64,000 nucleotides of DNA, from contig NC_043015.1 of NCBI RefSeq assembly GCF_006345805.1, forward strand, positions 16,740,001 through 16,804,000. Reading direction: 5' to 3'. The notes under the pieces were generated by a model. The model had not been told where the DNA came from. It saw only the letters and a list, made by a program, of their open reading frames with translations, and made no database searches. Shown piece by piece: positions 1-10,335 of this stretch. How positions within the stretch are numbered: position 1 is the first letter of the stretch; every line of letters begins with the position of its first letter. The position numbers and the translations under genes are program-made. Source of the DNA: Octopus sinensis. Its lineage: Eukaryota.

Positions 1-432
1 CACAACGTAACGGCAGACGAAACCGTGTGCATCAACTTCATACATTTCTGTAAACCAAACTTCAAGCTCTGAGAATCTTATTTACTTTAATGGCATATTA
101 TGGACATGATTACTTTGTGCAGTATATTCATCCGTTTTCAAGATATCGTCAGTTAAAATTTGGAAGATTTAGTAGTTAATTTTTGTAGGTTGAGCGATCA
201 TGTAGAGCAGTACTGCCTCCTTGGGGGTGGTAGATAGATCCAGTGGGGCGTTGAAGAAAAGTGGGATGATAATGGGGTAATAAATGTAAAAAAATATTAA
301 TAGGTAAATTAGGTTTAAGTTTTATTTGTGAAATACAGTTGTTTTGAATTTGCTGCAGAAAGTGGTCTATATATTTACGTTGTGTGGGTGGTGTGCTAGG
401 AATATGGCCTGAAAAAAGTTTGGGAACTACTG
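1..432. mobile_element. End of a probable hAT/Charlie-like non-autonomous DNA element
   Basis: Ends ...aaaagtttgggaactactg, whose reverse complement CAGTAGTTCCCAAAC resembles hAT-Charlie TIRs; the partner TIR would be outside the window. Confidence 0.35.
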
Positions 433-1157
433 ATGTAGAGGTTCTTTCCTTTGCTCACACAGTTTTAAATCCATTTAAAAGGCAAGGTTATTTGGAACAC
501 AGTTCACAAAAGTACTTATTTTTGCAACATGTTTATCTTGATAAATTTAATATATTTTTATAGCTATGTATGTAAACAACAAATTGTATAACTATGTTCT
601 ACAAGGACCTAGAATATTCACAAAAAAATGTAATTTTTGTGACCCAGGACATTCATATTTGCATATTTCGGCATGAACTGGCGTTGTCAATTTGGGGTAT
701 ACAAAATCTTTTGACAACAAACAAAAACCGCACAACAGCACACTTTGAATCATTACAGTTGTACACAGCCTCCCTAAGACAACAAAATAATACTAAAACT
801 CAAAAACCACCTGGGTATGTGAAAAGTACAATTTGTGGCTGCAGCAACCCCAGGCTTAGTTTCTACAACTACACATCCAAAACATCAGAAAACATTTACA
901 AAACCACATATACTTCGACTCAAGCCAAGACAAAAGCTTACACATAGAAATAGCTGCAATATCCATAACCCCAAACATAATGTGATGTAAAGTAAAACAA
1001 AAATAAAATCTTTCTCGAAAACGTTTTGCTTTACTCCATCCTCATTTCAAACAATAATCTTAATTATTTGGACCTATACAACAGCTACTAAAAAGACAAT
1101 GAATAAGAAATGATCCGTGTAGTTACAATTAATTTACTATCCAACAAAAATATTCAA

Positions 1158-2840
1158 TTACTTATTTCTCATGTGCTCAATTTTTGCTCTTAAATCGGAG
1201 AAAGACTCCCTAAAGTCAGGTTTTTTCTTCAGATTAACTCGAGAAACTTGTTTTCTGCTTTCTCTTTCGTGCTCACCTTGAAGAAGGTAGGTAATGTTGT
1301 TTAACAAGTGTTTGCTATTCCTATTTTGCAGAAAACTTTCTTTTACATCAGCTTGAACAGGTTTCCATTCCAAAATGTTTTCAGTGTTGTTCTGTGCTAA
1401 TGGACGTTTCAATAAAGTAGCTACTTCACTGAATTTAGTTATAGTGATCTTTTGTAGCTCAGACCGTTTGTTTGGTTTATCCTCGATTATAAAAGGACCC
1501 TTGAGAAACTGAACTGCTTTCTTTTCAAAGTCTTTTATTGCTTCATTAATTCTTTGTGCAGAGCCATAAAATGACATTACTTTATAATCTGTTAGTCGTC
1601 TTTGTAATCGCTGTGGAAGTGGGAAATGACGCGAATGATTCAGTGTTAGACGGTCGTCAGAACAAGTGATTGAAGGAATATCAAATACTTTGCTTCTCAA
1701 TATGATGTGGTCTTCTTCAAAGAAAATATTAAAAAAGATGTCCTGTTCACCAACATCCACCGAATTTATCCCCTTCGAATTTCCCAACAATCTAAACGTT
1801 TTACTATTGCAGTTTAGCATTGATCCAAGTTTCAAAAGAGTATCGATCTTGTGACTACTTTGAGAAAGATTTCCCTTAGCTTCATACAAAGTATTTGTGA
1901 TACTGAAACACGTCCAGCGTAAAAGCATAGATTCACTGTCGTTAAGATCATGTTTTCGGGCCACACTTCTACACAATAACATTACTTGACTGTAAATGAA
2001 ATCCATAAATACTGTCGCAAATATATTTGCCAATAATTTCGGTTGTCCTTTTGAATTTACCGAACTCTGTCGCTGACCTGCTAATATCATTTGATTCTTT
2101 AAATTTAAAACATCACAGTCTAACGAGGCAGCCGAAATATCGAAGAGGGAAATATTTTTGGTTTCAGCTTTCATCGAATTTTTGCGAATTGATCTTTTCC
2201 ACCGTACTTGCCTTCTTTTCCATACATTTTTTAATAACACTAAAGTTGCTGTGGTTATTAATATTGCAATCAAGACAATAACTTTATCAATAATCATAGG
2301 GATGTAATCAATAATATCGTTGTACAGTTGCCCACCAATAACTGATTTTGTCCATTTGCCGAATAACAAAAGAGAACGAGATACAAAACTGACAAACTTT
2401 AGAAATGATTTAAAACTATATCTATAATAAAATACTTGTAAGCAGAAGCCAGTCGTTGATGTCTTTAACCAGATGTTCAATAAGTTTACTCGCTTTTCTA
2501 ATTTACAAATCTTGCTCAGATAGCAATATATAGAACACATAAGAACAAAAATTGCTGCCCAAATAATCGTTTGCTTTAAGCAAGTCTGAATATCTTTTAA
2601 AAGATTATCCACATATTCAATATTTTTGCACATCTCTCGGCACGGAAATAAAGGAAATTGTGCGAGGCGTACATTTTCCGAGTCTGGGATTAACGGAACA
2701 TTGGATTTACGGCATCCGAAAAGGGACAAGATTTCCCAATCGCGTAAAGTACTCAGTCCGATGAACGGAAGTAAGAACTGAAGGGATAAAGTTACATCTT
2801 GAAGAAAAGAAATCTGAGATTGAAGCTTATTCCGATCCAT
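1158..2840 (-). CDS. Intronless 560-aa protein of unknown function with 3-4 predicted N-terminal membrane segments
   Basis: 1683-nt uninterrupted ORF in AT-rich DNA. Hydrophobic runs (IIWAAIFVLMCSIYCYL; VIVLIAILITTATLVLL followed by KNVWKRRQVRWKRSIRK). No family recognised. Confidence 0.75.
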   Translation of the reverse strand: MDRNKLQSQISFLQDVTLSLQFLLPFIGLSTLRDWEILSLFGCRKSNVPLIPDSENVRLAQFPLFPCREMCKNIEYVDNLLKDIQTCLKQTIIWAAIFVLMCSIYCYLSKICKLEKRVNLLNIWLKTSTTGFCLQVFYYRYSFKSFLKFVSFVSRSLLLFGKWTKSVIGGQLYNDIIDYIPMIIDKVIVLIAILITTATLVLLKNVWKRRQVRWKRSIRKNSMKAETKNISLFDISAASLDCDVLNLKNQMILAGQRQSSVNSKGQPKLLANIFATVFMDFIYSQVMLLCRSVARKHDLNDSESMLLRWTCFSITNTLYEAKGNLSQSSHKIDTLLKLGSMLNCNSKTFRLLGNSKGINSVDVGEQDIFFNIFFEEDHIILRSKVFDIPSITCSDDRLTLNHSRHFPLPQRLQRRLTDYKVMSFYGSAQRINEAIKDFEKKAVQFLKGPFIIEDKPNKRSELQKITITKFSEVATLLKRPLAQNNTENILEWKPVQADVKESFLQNRNSKHLLNNITYLLQGEHERESRKQVSRVNLKKKPDFRESFSDLRAKIEHMRNK

Positions 2841-3969
2841 TGTACTAAAACCCTTAATATTATAAATATTAAAGGTGAATAGTTAGAAAACTTCAAGGAT
2901 TCAGATAAGAATATAATTAGCTTTTTGTTAGCGATTATCCTTTTGACTACTGTGAGAAATTTTGAAAAACGATAGCGCTATTTTAAAATCATTTTAGCGT
3001 TCAGTGTGGATCAACTCCTTTTCATGCCTTCAGGTTCTTCGGGAGAGTTCATTTTCGATGGATTTTATTAACACGTTTCTTTTTCGAATTTATTATCTGT
3101 TTGTTTGGCAGCTGACGAAATTTTTTTTTTTTATGCCGGCTTGTAATGTCTTTCCTAAGATTTTTCCCCGATTGAATTTCAATATCGCTTTGTTTAGAGA
3201 AGAATTAGTTTGACTTTTTTCAATGATATAACAAGATCGAAATAAATCATTTATTTATTTATGTAACATATTCTTTTAGGATAAATTACGGTATAAGTAC
3301 CGTTACTGTCAAACTGGAGCACGTGCTTTTGTTTACATATGAAGAAGATCGTCACTTTCCGTAAAAAAATTTTTAATATATATGTGGGGGGGGGGGTATT
3401 TTTCAAAAAGCGAGACAGAGAGCGCGCGATTGGGTCGGGGAAGTTCTTTAGAAGTTGGTGTTCCGTCCGTGTGTGTGAGTGATACAATTTTGTTCCTGTT
3501 GCTAACTTTTTTCTTTCTCTCGGTTTATTTGTTTTATGTTTGTTGGCGATTTTATGATCAGATTCATAGATACGTTTTTATTAATTTTTTTGTTTCGTTT
3601 ATATTATTTGTTTTGAAATGTATTATATAAATACAGGCCTGTAATTCTTGGATGCAGAGACATTTGGAACTTAAAATCTTTCATTTTATCTTCGTTTTGC
3701 GCACACACGCCTGTACACATAAACAGACTCACACCCACACACACAGACACAAACAGACAAAATTTTGCACACACACACGCCTGTACACACAAACACAGAT
3801 TCACAAGCACACACATACATACACAGACACACAAGCACACATAAATATCTGGCAACAGACTCTCCTGTACATTTTCTCAATTCCTGTTAAGACAATTACA
3901 TCATATACTCTTCCATTAGATTCCCCTATGGCTGGGCTGGACGATATAGGATTATTGAATCTGTCCTTT

Positions 3970-4880
3970 CCGTTGATGACATAACTCAAAGATCTCACAA
4001 TCTGCGAGACATTATTGTCATAACGAGTAACGCAGATTCAACAAACCAACTCCTGGCATCTGTGAAATTGATCCACAATTCGTCGGAATGCTGTAATGAG
4101 TGGATGTACCTTGCATCACGCAATACAGTATCCGATGGGAAAATGTGGAGGTGTACTGTTGGCAGGCAATTTCGTAGCATTAGGCAAGACTCGTTTTTCT
4201 CGGGTTCACACCTGCCATTGACTCGTCTCCTTCAGTCGATGTATTACTGGGCAAAAATTGAATGTAAACAGAGTGTTGTGATGAGTGAAGTTGGAATTGG
4301 ATCAGAGGCGATTGTCAACTGGTACAATTACTTCAGCGATGTTTGTGCTATGTGGTGTTTTGACCACCCTGTGCAACTTGGAGAAGATGTTGTAGAGATC
4401 GACGAATCCATGTTCATGCACAGGAAACATCATCGTGGTAGTTATCAAGAAGGTCATTGGGTTTTTGGAATGGTTGAACGGGAAAGTCTGGGATGTGTCT
4501 TAGTTCCTGTGGAAAACAGAAGTCAGCAACATTGCTGCCTATTATTACCCGCCATGTTTTGCCAGGAACTAAGATTATCACAGATTCCCGGAGAGAATAT
4601 AATAGCCTACCCAACCATTTGACTGTGAACTACAGTGTCACAGTATCCCAACAATGCCTAAATCCACACAAACACTGTGGAAGGGATGTGGAGTCACGTG
4701 AAATCAAATTATCGGATGATGCATGGAACGTCCGATAATTTGTTTTCAACATATTTGCATGAATTTTGTTGGCGACGTTACAACAGCAGTAATACTTTTA
4801 TGACCTTCATAAAATGTATTAGAAAGTATGATTTCAAAAATGTGTTTTATGAAGTTCATAAAGTGTGTTCTGTTGTTTAA
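3970..4880 (+). pseudogene. Merlin / ISXO2 (IS1595-like) DDE transposase, frameshifted
   Basis: Three frames give DGKMWRC...SIRQDSFF, VVEIDESMF...WVFGMVER, ATLLPIITRHVLPGTKIITD, and NTVEGMWSHVK...YLHEFCWRR, the ISXO2 D-D-E motif layout. TIRs not identified. Confidence 0.88.
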
Positions 4881-5022
4881 TTTAGCCTCAAATTCATGGG
4901 AATCTGTATGATTTTATTTTTATTATTAATTTCTTTTTTTGCATCTTAGTTATTTGCATTTCTTTCTTTTCTCTATGCGCATTTCAGATCTTGTAACTTG
5001 TACGATTTTCGGAATTTTAAAA

Positions 5023-6540
5023 TCATCATCATCATCATCATCACCATTTAGCGTCCGCTTTCCATGCTAGCATGGGTTGGACGGTTCAACTGGGGTCTGT
5101 GAAGCCAGAAGGCTGCATCAGGCCCAGTCTGATCTGGCAGTGTTTCTACGGCTGGATGCCCTTCCTAACGCCAACCACTCCGGGAGTGTAGTGGGTGCTT
5201 TTTACGTGCCACCCGGAGCTGGCAAACGGCCACGAATGGATGGTGCTTTTACGTGCCACCGGCACGGGGGCCAGGCGAAGCTAGCAACGGACACGAGCGG
5301 ATGGTGTTTTTACGTGCCACCGGCATGGGGGCCGGGCGAGGCTGGCAACGGACACGAACGGATGGTGCTTTTTACGTTCCACCGGCACGAGGCCAGTCGG
5401 TGCGGCGCTGGCAACGGTCACGAACGGATGGTTCTCTTACGTGCCACCGGAACTGGTAACTCAGCTGCAATTTCCATTGATCGATTTCGATTCTGATCCT
5501 CACTTGCCTCAACAGGTCTTCACAAGTAGAGTTTTGTGTCCCAAGAAGGGAAGGTATGCATAAGTGGACTAGCTATATCCCGTGTAGAAGGCCACGGGTT
5601 ATGGTCTCACTTGTCCTGCCAGGTCTTCTCGCGCACAGCATACTTCCAGAGGTCGAGGTCTCTAGTCATTTCCTCAGTGAGACCTAAAGTTCGAAGGTCG
5701 TGCTTCACCACCTCGTCCCAGGTTTTCCTGGGTCTGCCTCTTCCACAGGTTCCCTCAACCGCTAGGGTGTGGCACTTTTTCACACAACTATCTTCATCCA
5801 TTCTTGCCACATGCCCATACCAGCGCAAACGTCTCTCTTGCACACCACAACTGATGCTTCTTAGGTCCAGCTTTTCTCTCAAGGTACTTACACTCTGTCG
5901 AGTATGAGTACTGACATTACACATCCATCGGAGCATACTGGCTTCATTTCTTGCGAGCTTACGCATATCCTCAGCAGTCACGGCCCATGTTTCACTGCCA
6001 TATAGCATGGCTGTTCGTACACACGCATCATATAGTCTGCCTTTTACTCTGTGCGAGAGGCCTTTTGTCACCAGCAGAGGTAAGAGCTCTCTGAACTTTG
6101 CCCAAGCTATTCTTACTCTAGCAGTTACACTTTCAACACACCCACCCCTGCTGCTGACTTGGTTACCTAGGTAACGGAAGCTATCAACTATTTCTAGTTT
6201 TTCTCCCTGGAAAGTGACGGAAGTTGGTCTCAGAGCATTTTCAGTGTTTATTGTTCCTGAGCATCTGCCACATACAAAAACCTTCTTCCTAGTTAGCCGT
6301 CCTTTGACATTGCTGCACCTCTTATGTGTCCATAGCTTACACTTGGTGCATCTTATAGAGTTTCTACCTACACCTTTTCTACAGATCGAGCAGGGCCATC
6401 TACCTGAAGGCGTTTGTGATTTGTCTACCTTCCTACTGATTACGACTTTGGTTTTAGCTAGATTGACTCTAAGGCCCTTCGATTCTAATCCTTGTTTCCA
6501 CACCTGAAACTTCTCCTCCAGTTCTGATAGTGACTCAGCA
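5023..6540 (-). mobile_element. 5'-truncated RTE-clade LINE (RT C-terminus with PHD finger, repetitive 3' UTR, (ATG)n tail)
   Basis: ORF 5607-6503 (NLAKTK, VDSFRYLG, LYGSETW, LRWYGHVARM, GRGRPRKTW); (CAT)n tail at 5023-5043. Confidence 0.93.
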
Positions 6541-6999
6541 ATTGTAAATACCTTTACAAAATTGTCTTATACACACAGAAATAACCCGTGCAAGCCAAAT
6601 TTGGTCTGTTTAAAGTTTTTATTTGTCTTTTATTTTTTCAATGGCTTTTGAATTTGTAACCATTACATCGAGAGTCTGAACCAAATTAAAAAACAAACAA
6701 GAAACAAATTGTTACCATGCACAATTAATATTTCCATTTCCTTCTCTGAAATTTGCTTCCACAATTTTCAAAACAGATGTGCATTTTACAGAAATAAGAG
6801 AAATGGTTAGAACGAACTCTAGCTATTTATACATATGTAGTGACTTCATTTGAACATAGATTAAATTCGAACCTAAATCGGTAAATTTCCACTAATGAAT
6901 AAACTGCATTGTTCTTTGAGTTACTTTCATCACATGGCTTTGCTAAGTCAACTGATGTGTTTTCCATTTGACTTTAAACTTTTCCGGGTCTACAAGGAC

Positions 7000-7700
7000 A
7001 CCACACGAAGACAATAGCTATCACGATGATATACCTCTTTTTCTAGTCGGCCAAAATGAAGAAGTGACAATGCCACCTTCACATTCTCTATTGTCAGCAT
7101 CGAGCATTACCTACTCTTTCTCACTCTACTGACAGAATGACAAGAGAGAACACATCTCGCTGTCGACTACAATCAACGAGCAAAGTTTTTGTTATTAAGC
7201 GCCACATGGTACACGGCTAGACGGCTCCGACACTTGGTGACAGACTGACGTTATTAGAATACATCAACCACAACGATACAGCTGGTTACTCACAACATGA
7301 TTCGAACACAATAACCCTGCCACAATTGCGGACTCCCGAGCCACAGAATTGCAGTCTCCGTTACCTTATCCATTACATTTGGTGAGCCTGACTTCAAAGA
7401 CTTACTGCTTCAGCATCGCATGACCTCTTGAAAACAATTACAGGACACAAACTTTCACGACTCATAGTTTTCAGTTCCATTGTCACACAACACGAAAAGA
7501 ATGAAGTCACCGACTCAATGGACACACACCAATTACATTCCACGTGGCAGACAATGTACTGCAACCCGATGCACAGATCCACTAGGGAAACAGTTGCCAT
7601 ACATAAATGCAACATTTAGGACAGCTACCCAACCAAGAGAACTATATGCATGCTTGCACCCAGTTTCTGTGCACATCTATAGACTCTTAACTTTTTTTCC
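7000..7700 (+). mobile_element. Possible decayed LTR-retrotransposon gag-pro fragment
   Basis: 7318-7359 reads CHNCGLPSHRIAVS = CX2CX4HX4(S); the last codon TCC is one change from Cys. Block is visibly CpG-richer than flanks; all frames contain stops. Confidence 0.35.
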
Positions 7701-8019
7701 TTTGCATGCAACTCTTTTCTCATGAGGATAACTCCTCACTTTATAACTCTCCCGTCTTTCTCTTAGTATTTCATCATCATCACATCAACAGACATTACTC
7801 TATCAGTCCCTTGCATGATGCCATAATGATGAAAATAGACCAAGTAGAAACTAAGGCTGCACAGTAGCAGTCGAGAAGGCACATGTAACAGTTGAATAAA
7901 AAAAAATTGGGTCTATAACTTCGACCACTGTCATTATACATCATTTTCTACATAGCAGACTGTTACATAAACATATATGCAAATAAGCAAAAACAAAAAA
8001 AAAAACATACCTTCTCTCT

Positions 8020-8820
8020 CCCTTGTCAAAAGCTTTCTCCAAGTCAACAAAAACCAAGTACAGAGGTTTATCTTTGGCTAGATATTTCTCTTGCAGTTGC
8101 CTTGCGAGAAATATAGCATCAGTGGTGCTTTTGCTTGGCATAAACTGCATCTCGTCTAGACTAACCTCTCTCTGACTCTAACTCTCCATAACTTCATTAC
8201 CTGATCTAACAATTTGATACTTCTGTAATTATTTCTATCTAAGGCAGTTGTAGCAGCTGACTATTGGTTCTGCTACACCAGTCATTGGGTATGATTCTTT
8301 CATGAACCACCTGATTTACAATACGAGTAACTGGACCATAACCCACACTGCAAGATATTTTAAGCATCTCAGTGGTGATTCCTCATGGGTCAGGGGCTTT
8401 CCCTGTCTTCATATCCTTAATTGCTTTATCTACCAGGGTACTGTCGATTTGGGTAGCTGGTTCCTCAATTGGGTCAACATTTGGCAGGTTTCCCTCCTCC
8501 CATTCATTTTCCACATTCAGCAGTCTTTCATAATGGCATCTCCAAGCCTCTTTTTTTGCAGAATCATTAAAAGCAAGTGCACTATCATCCATGCAAACAT
8601 ATTTTTCTCCTATGACATCACAATTTTCTCTCACACACTGCCTAGCAATCCGAAATACTTCATTTATTTGGTCCTCACGACGCTGAACATAGACAAACTT
8701 CTTCGTTTCTACTTCTCCCTTGGCTAGATATACCTGTCTCCTAGCTTCCCTTCTGGGTATCTGATACAGTTCCTTGCTGCCCCCACTCTTCCAGGCCTGT
8801 TTCTTTGCTCTAATGTCTCT
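8020..8820 (-). mobile_element. Internal RTE LINE fragment (RT N-terminal part)
   Basis: QFMPSKSTTDAIFLARQLQEKYLAKDKPLYLVFVDLEKAFD and KKEAWRCHYERLLNVENEW...MKTGKAPDP, with stops and frameshifts. Confidence 0.88.
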
Positions 8821-9507
8821 AGAAAGGTAACAGTGACAGAGTAGGTGGCATGGACATACTTCTTGCAGAGGAATGGGTGGAATGTTTCTGGTTACTTTTG
8901 GGTACCTCCTTGAATATAATCAAGGGAACTCTTTGAGGTAGTTAAAATTCATCATGATAAAGGTAGACCATTAGAAGACTTGAGAGAAGTTAATTTAATT
9001 ACACATGAAACTACTGAGTATCAAAGATGTATGTATTCTAGACCCACTCATCCCAAGATGAGTATCACAGAAAATGGATGCTGAAATAAAAATGATGACT
9101 GCAATGGTAATGACAATCACACTAATGGAGATAATCCATAATACTAGGTTTGCCATGACGTACCTAAACCACAATAGGTTTCATTGCTTCATGTGTAAAG
9201 CATTTAGCAACAATAAGCAAAAGCTGACAATTACGAAATCTATTTACCTTTGCTTGTATGGTAAAAGTGGACATAAAGCAACATAAAAAATGTAGGTTTC
9301 AAAAATATTAAGATTACAATATGTAGTAAATTATAATTTTTATTTTACAAATATAGTTTTCTTAAATTCTTGTATTTTTAGCAATAATTTATGCTACATT
9401 CTTTTTAAACAAAATTGGAAACCAATATTGCATTTAGTGTAAATAAAAGAAATGTTCAACATTCTTTATTACTCTGATATTAGTTGTTTAATCACATTAC
9501 TTTTTAA

Positions 9508-9656
9508 TCACTTTTTATGAAATAATTTACTGCTGTCATTTGCATGATCCTTCAGTAGTTGACAAGGAGCGAAGTGTTCTCCATAGTGACTTTCAAATAC
9601 AGACATTCTGTCCACTAACTGCTTTGCTCCATGAAGATCCACATACCGAAAAGGAC
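9508..9656 (-). CDS. HADHA: HADHA last coding exon ([17 protein letters not shown]...[21 protein letters not shown])
   Basis: 149 nt from tttgtag| to TGA at 9508-9510; AATAAA on the minus strand at 9465-9470 and 9339-9344 are candidate polyA signals. Confidence 0.95.
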
Positions 9657-10280
9657 CTACAAAATCAACAATATATATGGAAGAGTGTTTTATGAAAGAG
9701 TATTACAATCATATTACAAAGAACAGAAACATTAAACAAAATATCATTATGTAGAACTAAATATTACACCAGTTAAGATCTTTAAAGGAAATACCAAAAT
9801 TATTATGTACCAAAATAAGGTACATAATGATCACAGATACAACCATTCAAATACTTCTCTTGTACACATACACATATATACTCACACAGAGTTGAAATGC
9901 TGTTTGATTTTTTTTCACTATAGAACTTCCATCATCCCACTCTGGGTTTGCCAGCACCCACTTCTTTCATTATTCATCTATCACTCCTTCCTTTCTCGTT
10001 CATATGTTGTGACGGAGAAAAACATAAGATACATGATGTGCTCTTTGCCACTTCTTCTCTCTCATTGCTATTACTTTCTCTCACTCCCTCTCAATCAGGA
10101 CTATTACTCTCACTACTTCTCCTTCACTGAATTACTATTTTCTCTCCTCTCCCCTCACTTATATACTCTTTCTCCTACTCCCTCCTGCACCCGAAGAGAT
10201 GGTGTTGTGGATTTCCACCTCGGCATCTGAAGCTCAGAGTTTTATCTTGGCTACCGAATAACTGTCACATATCATTTTAC

Positions 10281-10335
<55 letters not shown>

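Noticed and set aside
594-947. 117-aa plus-strand ORF
   Set aside because: No recognisable motif or splice context; lies in the likely 3' flank of the minus-strand ORF.
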